From the UHGV virus genome UHGV-0221207: a stretch of DNA of 12,366 bases; one strand, 5' to 3'. The stretch's first letter is position 1; each line of letters opens with the position of its first letter. The notes under the pieces are model-generated. The model did no database searches, was not told the DNA's origin, and worked only from the letters and a program-made list of their open reading frames with translations. The translations under genes were made by a program, and so were the position numbers. Shown piece by piece: positions 6,816 to 12,366 of the stretch. Source of the stretch: a virus.

Positions 6816-7366
6816 TATGCAGCCCTCACGATATACGCAAATGCCAGGTTCCGTGGTCTGGTTTCTTTAATTAAAGAGGAGGCATCAGGTGAACTCACTG
6901 ATTCAGCACCATTTCTTCCACCAGTTGTATAAGTAAAAACTCTTTCACTGTTAGACCAGTAATCCACACCAACTGTTTTTGCTGATGAAAAAATGGTTTC
7001 ATCAGATATAACCTGTTCTATTCCATACGGGATATTAGTAACTGACCCCACTTTTGTAGGTATTCCATGATTATGAGAAATTACTGCATGCTCTTGATTC
7101 GTTAATAAAGTACGACCGCTATCCACTCCACGCCCGTCATCCCAGCCACGAATAAATTCACCGCGTAAATCAGGCAATTTATTTGTCGGATAAACCTTTG
7201 CCAGTTCCGGGTATTCTTCAGCAGAAAAAGCCGCACCGTTGCATTTCAGCCAGCCAGTAGGCGGTGTGGCTGAAGGCCACGGAACAGGCACACCAACGGG
7301 TAATGCCGAACCTTCTCCCAAACCAACATTTATGAAAATGCAGAGATAACGGCTAACTGGCATCAT
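6815..7366 (-). CDS. Alternative tail-fibre C-terminal cassette (H'), promoterless; joins the H N-terminus only after inversion
   Basis: The frame reads ...INVGLGEGSALPVGVPVPWPSATPPTGWLKCNGAAFSAEEYPELAKVYP... and ends ...NLAFAYIVRAA, resembling the C-terminal end of P2 H / Mu S type fibres. The GLGE codons coincide with the crossover site. The first ~13 codons (7327-7366) lie outside the segment and are probably not a genuine N-terminus. Confidence 0.7.
   Translation of the reverse strand: MMPVSRYLCIFINVGLGEGSALPVGVPVPWPSATPPTGWLKCNGAAFSAEEYPELAKVYPTNKLPDLRGEFIRGWDDGRGVDSGRTLLTNQEHAVISHNHGIPTKVGSVTNIPYGIEQVISDETIFSSAKTVGVDYWSNSERVFTYTTGGRNGAESVSSPDASSLIKETRPRNLAFAYIVRAA
7313..7338. repeat. 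Right inversion crossover site (inverted partner of 5428-5453)
   Basis: Top strand TTCTCCCAAACC-AA-CATTTATGAAAA. Its reverse complement TTTTCATAAATG-TT-GGTTTGGGAGAA shares 15 contiguous nt (TTGGTTTGGGAGAAG) with the left site in inverted orientation. Confidence 0.75.
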
Positions 7367-7387
7367 CTCCGGTTTTTATTCAGGGGG

Positions 7388-7960
7388 ATGATCATGCTTA
7401 TTGGCTATGTACGCGTGTCAACAAATGACCAGAACACCGATTTGCAACGTAATGCACTGAACTGCGCGGGATGTGAGCGGATTTTTGAGGATAAAATCAG
7501 TGGCACTAAGTCCGACAGACCGGGGCTGAAAAAGCTGCTCAGGACACTATCGGCAGGAGACACGCTGGTTGTCTGGAAGCTGGACAGGTTGGGGCGCAGT
7601 ATGCGGCATCTTGTTACGCTGATAGAGGAGTTGCGCCAGCGTGGTGTGAATTTCCGAAGCCTGACTGACAGTATTGATACCAGTACCCCAATGGGCCGTT
7701 TCTTTTTTCATGTCATGGGTGCCCTGGCTGAAATGGAACGCGAACTGATAGTTGAACGTACCAGGGCAGGGCTGGCTGCAGCTCGTGCCAAAGGCAGAGT
7801 AGGTGGACGCCGTCCTAAGTTGACCACCGAACAGTGGGCACAGATTGGGCGTTTACTCGAGGCCGGAGAATCAAGACAGCGTATTGCACTGATTTTTGAT
7901 GTGGGTGTTTCCACAATTTATAGAAAATTTCCGGCAAATAAGAGTAATGAATCCCCCTGA
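7388..7960 (+). CDS. Serine DNA invertase (Gin/Hin/Cin/Pin family)
   Basis: MLIGYVRVSTNDQNTDLQRNAL...VVWKLDRLGRSM...FRSLTDSIDTSTPMGRFFFHVMGALAEMERELI...GRRPKL... is near-identical in motif content to Gin/Hin as recalled, including the catalytic Ser in RVSTNDQ and a C-terminal helix-turn-helix. The start is probably the second ATG at 7394. The gene begins ~50 bp beyond the right crossover site. Confidence 0.9.
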   Translation: MIMLIGYVRVSTNDQNTDLQRNALNCAGCERIFEDKISGTKSDRPGLKKLLRTLSAGDTLVVWKLDRLGRSMRHLVTLIEELRQRGVNFRSLTDSIDTSTPMGRFFFHVMGALAEMERELIVERTRAGLAAARAKGRVGGRRPKLTTEQWAQIGRLLEAGESRQRIALIFDVGVSTIYRKFPANKSNESP

Positions 7961-8008
7961 ATCAGCATTATTTTGATTATCCCTGCAAGTAGACAAATAC
8001 CGTCATTT

Positions 8009-8026
8009 TGTGTGAATAACGGTACA
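8009..8026 (+). promoter_or_regulatory. Probable P2-type late promoter activator site (TGT-N12-ACA) for the FI operon
   Basis: TGT 8009-8011, 12-nt spacer, ACA 8024-8026, centred ~85 nt upstream of the FI ATG. A CACAAT -10-like hexamer lies about 25 nt downstream and AGGAGG at 8088-8093. Confidence 0.4.
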
Positions 8027-8102
8027 ACTGCGCTTAGCTGTTTGTCAGGCACAATCACTTCAACATAGGGCGAAGCCTAATCCAATCAGGAGGTTCGCCA
8101 CT

Positions 8103-9275
8103 ATGGCTCAGGATTACCACCACGGGGTGCGCGTTGTTGAAGTCAACGAAGGCACCCGATCCATTACCACGGTGAGCACCGCCATCGTGGGCATGGTCTG
8201 CACGGGCGATGATGCCGATGCAAAAATGTTTCCTCTTAACAAACCTGTGCTGATCACTGATGTGCTGACTGCCAGCGGTAAAGCGGGTGAGTCCGGCACG
8301 CTGGCCCGTTCGCTGGATGCCATCGCTGACCAGGCAAAACCCGTGACCGTTGTTGTGCGTGTGCCGCAGGGTGAAACGGAAGAAGAAACCACGACCAATA
8401 TCATCGGCGCAGTGACTGCTGAAGGTAAAAAAACAGGCATGAAAGCTCTGTTATCTGCCCAGTCACAGCTCGGCGTTAAACCGCGCATTCTCGGCGTGCC
8501 AGGTCACGATAACAAAGCCGTTGCGACTGAGTTGCTGAGCGTGGCGCAAAGCCTGCGTGGGTTTGCTTACCTGTCAGCGTATGGCTGCAAGACGGTACAG
8601 GAGGCGATCACTTACCGTGAAAACTTCAGCCAGCGCGAAGGAATGCTGATCTGGCCCGACTTTACTGGCTGGGACACGGTGCTGAATGCCGAAGCAACGG
8701 CATATGCCACCGCCCGTGCACTTGGTCTGCGTGCCAAAATTGATGAGCAGACCGGGTGGCACAAAAGCCTGTCCAACGTGGGCGTGAACGGTGTCACCGG
8801 AATTTCTGCAGATGTGTTCTGGGATCTGCAGGACCCGGCAACCGATGCAGGTCTGCTGAACCAGAACGACGTCACCACGCTTGTGCGTAAAGACGGTTTC
8901 CGCTTCTGGGGTTCCCGCTGTCTGAGCGATGATCCGCTTTTTGCCTTCGAAAACTACACCCGCACGGCGCAGGTGCTGACGGACACAATGGCAGAAGCAC
9001 ACATGTGGGCGGTGGATAAACCGCTTAACCCGTCGCTGGCCCGCGACATTATCGAAGGTATCCGCGCCAAAATACGCAGCCTGGTCAGTCAGGGCTATCT
9101 CATTGGTGGTGATTGCTGGCTGGATGAGTCGGTGAACGACAAAGACACGCTGAAAGCCGGAAAACTCACCATCGACTATGACTACACGCCAGTGCCGCCA
9201 CTTGAAAATCTGATGCTGCGCCAGCGCATCACCGATCAGTACCTGGTGAATTTCGCCAGCCAGGTCAGCGCGTAA
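8103..9275 (+). CDS. FI: Contractile tail sheath protein FI
   Basis: [33 protein letters not shown]... and ...[21 protein letters not shown]... parallel P2 gpFI as recalled. 390 aa. Strong RBS. Confidence 0.9.
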   Translation: MAQDYHHGVRVVEVNEGTRSITTVSTAIVGMVCTGDDADAKMFPLNKPVLITDVLTASGKAGESGTLARSLDAIADQAKPVTVVVRVPQGETEEETTTNIIGAVTAEGKKTGMKALLSAQSQLGVKPRILGVPGHDNKAVATELLSVAQSLRGFAYLSAYGCKTVQEAITYRENFSQREGMLIWPDFTGWDTVLNAEATAYATARALGLRAKIDEQTGWHKSLSNVGVNGVTGISADVFWDLQDPATDAGLLNQNDVTTLVRKDGFRFWGSRCLSDDPLFAFENYTRTAQVLTDTMAEAHMWAVDKPLNPSLARDIIEGIRAKIRSLVSQGYLIGGDCWLDESVNDKDTLKAGKLTIDYDYTPVPPLENLMLRQRITDQYLVNFASQVSA

Positions 9276-9284
9276 GGGGACAAC

Positions 9285-9800
9285 ATGGCTTTACCACGCA
9301 AATTAAAACATCTGAACCTGTTTAACGACGGGAACAACTGGCAGGGGATCGTTGAGTCGCTGACGCTGCCGAAATTCACCCGCAAATATGAGAAGTATCG
9401 CGGCGGCGGAATGCCGGGTGCAGTGGATGTGGATCTGGGGCTTGATGACAGTGCGCTGGACACAGAATTTTCCATTGGTGGTACTGAACTGCTGCTGTTT
9501 AAGCAGATGGGCAAAGCCACGGTAGATGGCATTCAGCTGCGCTTTACCGGCTCTATCCAGCGTGACGATACCGGGGAAGTGCAGGCCGTGGAGCTTGTGG
9601 TGCGTGGACGTCACAAAGAAGTGGATTCCGGCGAGTGGAAGACGGGCGAAAGCAACACCACCAAAGTGACCAGTACCAACAGCTACGCGAAGCTGACCAT
9701 CAATGGTGAGGTGCTCTATGAAGTGGACCTTATCAACATGGTGGAAATTGTGGACGGTGTGGACCTGATGGAAGCGCACCGCAACGCCCTCGGCCTCTGA
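9285..9800 (+). CDS. FII: Tail tube protein FII
   Basis: 171-aa ORF 9 nt after FI, with the size and position of P2 gpFII. Confidence 0.85.
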   Translation: MALPRKLKHLNLFNDGNNWQGIVESLTLPKFTRKYEKYRGGGMPGAVDVDLGLDDSALDTEFSIGGTELLLFKQMGKATVDGIQLRFTGSIQRDDTGEVQAVELVVRGRHKEVDSGEWKTGESNTTKVTSTNSYAKLTINGEVLYEVDLINMVEIVDGVDLMEAHRNALGL

Positions 9801-9811
9801 TGTATCTGAAC

Positions 9812-9829
9812 GGCGCGGGATACCGCGCC
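9812..9829 (+). other. GC-rich hairpin (7-bp stem GGCGCGG/CCGCGCC, 4-nt loop) in the FII-E intergenic region
   Basis: Perfect inverted repeat read directly from the sequence. No downstream U-tract, so it is not a canonical intrinsic terminator. Confidence 0.35.
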
Positions 9830-9854
9830 AGAACCCAATTTACAGGACAGCAAA

Positions 9855-10157
9855 ATGAGCGATAAGCAGACTGAAAAGACTATTCAACTGGATACCCCCA
9901 TCAAGCGCGGTAAAACAGAAATCACCGAAATTGTGCTGCGTAAACCGCAGTCCGGTGCGCTGCGCGGTACACGCCTGCAGGCCATTATGGATATGGATGT
10001 GAACGCGATGATGACCGTGATCCCCCGTATCTCCAGTCCGGCACTGACTGCACAGGAAATTGCAGAGATGGACCCGGCAGATCTCACTGCCATGTCGGTT
10101 GAGGTTGTCACTTTTTTGTTGAAGAAGTCGGTGCTTGCCGGTTTACCGACAGCCTGA
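9855..10157 (+). CDS. E: Tail assembly chaperone E (zero-frame product)
   Basis: 100-aa ORF upstream of the tape measure gene. It contains a T_TTT_TTG slippery heptamer near its 3' end, as in P2 E. Confidence 0.8.
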   Translation: MSDKQTEKTIQLDTPIKRGKTEITEIVLRKPQSGALRGTRLQAIMDMDVNAMMTVIPRISSPALTAQEIAEMDPADLTAMSVEVVTFLLKKSVLAGLPTA

Positions 10158-10291
10158 CGGTTGACGATCTGGTGGCTGATATCGCCACCATCTTTCACTG
10201 GCCGCCATCCGTTACTGACGTTATGCCGCTGACCGAAGTGCTGGAATGGCGGTATAAAGCGATTCAGAGAAGCGGGGCCAACGATGAGTGA
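9855..10291 (+). CDS. E+E' fusion chaperone made by programmed -1 ribosomal frameshift at 10112-10118
   Basis: Slippery sequence T TTT TTG sits in the X_XXY_YYZ register relative to the E frame. The -1 frame is open from 10118 to TGA at 10289-10291 (...VEEVGACRFTDSLTVDDLVADIATIFHWPPSVTDVMPLTEVLEWRYKAIQRSGANDE) and ends overlapping the T start (ATGAGTGA). This matches the known P2 E/E+E' arrangement. Confidence 0.6.
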
Positions 10292-12366
10292 TAACAACCT
10301 GCGGCTGCAGGTCATTCTTAATGCGGTTGACAAACTCACCCGCCCATTCCGTGTTGCACAGGCCAGTTCGAAAGAGCTGGCTGGCGCAATTCAGAATACC
10401 CGAAACAGCCTCAAAGAACTGAATAAGCAGGCTGGCAGAATTGATGAATTTCGCAAGACGCGCTCGCAACTAGCCATAACAGCCAACAACCTGAACGCAG
10501 CCCGCGAAGAGGCGGCAAAACTCGCCACACAATTTGCTGCCACTAACAGGCCAACCGCCGCGCAGGCAAAGTTATTCAGTCAGGCCAAAACACGAGTACA
10601 GGAACTTCAGCAGACCTATAACGGCTTGTTGGGGGCGGTCCAGAGACAACGTCAGGCACTTAAAGAATCAGGGATTGATACCAGACAACTCAGTAGTGCC
10701 CAGCGAGAACTTAAGAAAAATGCTGAAGAAACAAGGCAGGCACTGGAGGGCCAGCAAAAAGCACTTAAACGTCTGGGTGAACAACAGGCACGGATGAACG
10801 CTGCCAGAGAACAATACTCAAGACGGCTTGAAGTGCGCGATCGCATCGCAGGAGCCGGAGCCACTACCACGGCTGCAGGGCTGGCAATGGGTGCGCCAGT
10901 GATGGCAGCAGTAAAAAGCTATACCAGCATGGAAGATGCCATGAAAGGTGTGGCAAAGCAGGTCAATGGTCTGCGTGATGATAATGGCAACCGCACTGCG
11001 CGTTTTTACGAAATGCAGGATGCCATCAAGGCTGCCAGCGAACAGTTGCCGATGGAAAACGGTGCTGTGGACTTTGCCGCACTGGTTGAAGGTGGTGCGC
11101 GCATGAACGTCGCAAATCCTGACGACAGCTGGGAAGACCAGAAACGTGACCTGCTGGCCTTCGCCAGCACGGCAGCAAAGGCGGCAACAGCCTTTGAGCT
11201 GCCAGCGGATGAACTGTCAGAAAGTCTGGGGAAAATCGCCCAGCTCTACAAAATCCCTACCCGCAATATTGAACAGCTCGGTGATGCGCTGAACTATCTG
11301 GATGATAACGCCATGTCGAAAGGGTCAGACATCATTGATGTCATGCAACGCCTGGGCGGTGTGGCAGATCGTCTGGATTATCGTAAAGCGGCGGCGCTGG
11401 GTTCCACCTTCCTGACACTGGGCGCTGCGCCGGAGGTTGCTGCCAGTGCAGCAAACGCGATGGTGCGTGAATTGTCCATTGCCACCATGCAAAGTAAGAG
11501 TTTCTTTGAAGGGATGAATCTGCTGAAACTCAATCCTGAAGTGATTGAAAAGCAGATGACGAAGGATGCGATGGGAACTATCCAGCGTGTGCTGGAGAAG
11601 GTGAACGCACTGCCGCAGGACAAGCGTCTGTCTGCCATGACCATGTTGTTTGGTAAAGAGTTTGGTGATGATGCAGCGAAACTGGCAAACAACCTTCCGG
11701 AACTGCAGCGCCAGCTAAAACTGACAGCGGGCAATGATGCGCTCGGTTCCATGCAGAAAGAATCCGACATCAACAAAGACTCACTTTCCGCTCAGTGGTT
11801 GCTGGTCAAAACCGGAGCGCAGAACACCTTCAGCAGCCTGGGCGAAACGCTGCGCCAGCCGCTGATGGATATTCTGTACACGGTAAAAAGCATCACGGGG
11901 GCGTTGCGCCGCTGGGTGGAAGCTAACCCGGAACTGACAGGCACACTGATGAAAGTAGCGGCTGTTGTGGCTGCGGTTACCGTAGGCCTCGGCACCTTAG
12001 CGGTGGCGCTGGCTGCAGTGCTGGGGCCGCTGGCAGTCATCCGTCTGGGATTCTCTGTGCTGGGTATCAAAACGTTACCTTCCGTTACGGCAGCAGTAAC
12101 ACGAACCAGCAGCGCGTTGTCCTGGTTAGCTGGCGCTCCACTGGCACTGCTGCGACGCGGGCTTGCTTCATCGGGCAACGCAGCGGGTTTACTTACTGCG
12201 CCGTTGTCGTCTTTGCGCCGCACCGCATCACTGACGGGGAATGTCCTGAAAACTGTAGCAGGTGTGCCGGTTGCACTGTTGCGGTCTGGATTATCCGGTT
12301 TACGTGCGGTTGCTGTGATGTTTATGAATCCACTGGCAGCACTACGCGGTGGACTGGCTGCCGCAG
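10284..12366 (+). CDS. T: Tail tape measure protein T, 3' end outside the window
   Basis: The frame beginning ATG 10284 (MSDNNLRLQVILNAVDKL...) stays open to the window end by my manual translation; it is absent from the ORF track, which lists no open-ended frame here. Content is coiled-coil-like and Ala/Gln-rich, followed by hydrophobic segments, typical of tape measure proteins. It follows E/E' as in P2. Confidence 0.8.
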   Translation, partial: MSDNNLRLQVILNAVDKLTRPFRVAQASSKELAGAIQNTRNSLKELNKQAGRIDEFRKTRSQLAITANNLNAAREEAAKLATQFAATNRPTAAQAKLFSQAKTRVQELQQTYNGLLGAVQRQRQALKESGIDTRQLSSAQRELKKNAEETRQALEGQQKALKRLGEQQARMNAAREQYSRRLEVRDRIAGAGATTTAAGLAMGAPVMAAVKSYTSMEDAMKGVAKQVNGLRDDNGNRTARFYEMQDAIKAASEQLPMENGAVDFAALVEGGARMNVANPDDSWEDQKRDLLAFASTAAKAATAFELPADELSESLGKIAQLYKIPTRNIEQLGDALNYLDDNAMSKGSDIIDVMQRLGGVADRLDYRKAAALGSTFLTLGAAPEVAASAANAMVRELSIATMQSKSFFEGMNLLKLNPEVIEKQMTKDAMGTIQRVLEKVNALPQDKRLSAMTMLFGKEFGDDAAKLANNLPELQRQLKLTAGNDALGSMQKESDINKDSLSAQWLLVKTGAQNTFSSLGETLRQPLMDILYTVKSITGALRRWVEANPELTGTLMKVAAVVAAVTVGLGTLAVALAAVLGPLAVIRLGFSVLGIKTLPSVTAAVTRTSSALSWLAGAPLALLRRGLASSGNAAGLLTAPLSSLRRTASLTGNVLKTVAGVPVALLRSGLSGLRAVAVMFMNPLAALRGGLAAA

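Larger units (their letters stand above)
5441..7325. other. Invertible tail-fibre segment (~1.9 kb), analogous to Mu G / P1 C segments
   Basis: Bounded by the two inverted crossover sites. It holds the H variable 3' end plus G on the + strand and G' plus the alternative H 3' end on the - strand, with the invertase gene immediately outside the right boundary. Confidence 0.75.

Noticed and set aside
5428-7338. Additional crossover sites that would indicate a multi-inversion (shufflon-like) system
   Set aside because: By eye I found no third copy of the GGTTTGGGAGAA / TTCTCCCAAACC core within the segment, so a simple two-site inversion is assumed. A computational scan allowing mismatches could revise this.
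7327-7366. ATGATG start for the reverse-strand fibre ORF as an independently expressed gene
   Set aside because: These codons lie outside the invertible segment, and the ORF lacks a fibre N-terminal domain. It is better explained as a silent cassette fused to H only after inversion.
8114-9002. Reverse-strand ORFs (124, 142 and 88 aa) inside the sheath gene
   Set aside because: Antisense to FI, whose call is well supported.
9812-9829. Hairpin as a rho-independent terminator
   Set aside because: No U-rich tract follows the stem, and E/T must be co-transcribed with FI/FII, so it is kept only as a possible RNA structure.
9303-10469. Reverse-strand ORFs (158, 151 and 82 aa) across FII, E and the start of T
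   Set aside because: Antisense to well-supported tail genes. The region is already densely coding, including the frameshift overlap.
10534-12223. 87-aa + strand ORF and 72-, 132- and 143-aa reverse-strand ORFs within the tape measure region
   Set aside because: The tape measure frame is open through this whole region, and these are alternative-frame or antisense artefacts with Ala/Ser/Arg-rich translations.

Overview
This window is the late (tail and lysis) region of a P2-like temperate myovirus prophage from an enterobacterial genome, and the gene calls rest on reading the six-frame translations against remembered P2 proteins, with no database search run. Gene order on the + strand is lysB (5' partial), lysC, R, S, then baseplate V-W-J-I, tail fibre H, assembly chaperone G, sheath FI, tube FII, chaperone E with its E+E' frameshift product, and the start of tape measure T (3' partial). 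Most adjacent genes overlap by 1-14 nt (ATGA, GTGGCTGA or TAATG junctions), consistent with translational coupling. Two stretches depart from the canonical P2 layout. The first, at about 1240-1967 between S and V, is an AT-rich insertion carrying one opposite-strand ORF of 176-189 aa with no motif I can recognise. It is the best candidate here for an undescribed accessory or anti-phage gene. The second, at about 5428-7960, is a Gin/Hin-type tail-fibre inversion switch: two 26-bp inverted crossover sites flank a roughly 1.9 kb segment holding the expressed fibre end plus G and a silent alternative fibre end plus G', with a serine invertase immediately downstream. No tRNA, rRNA or CRISPR array was seen.
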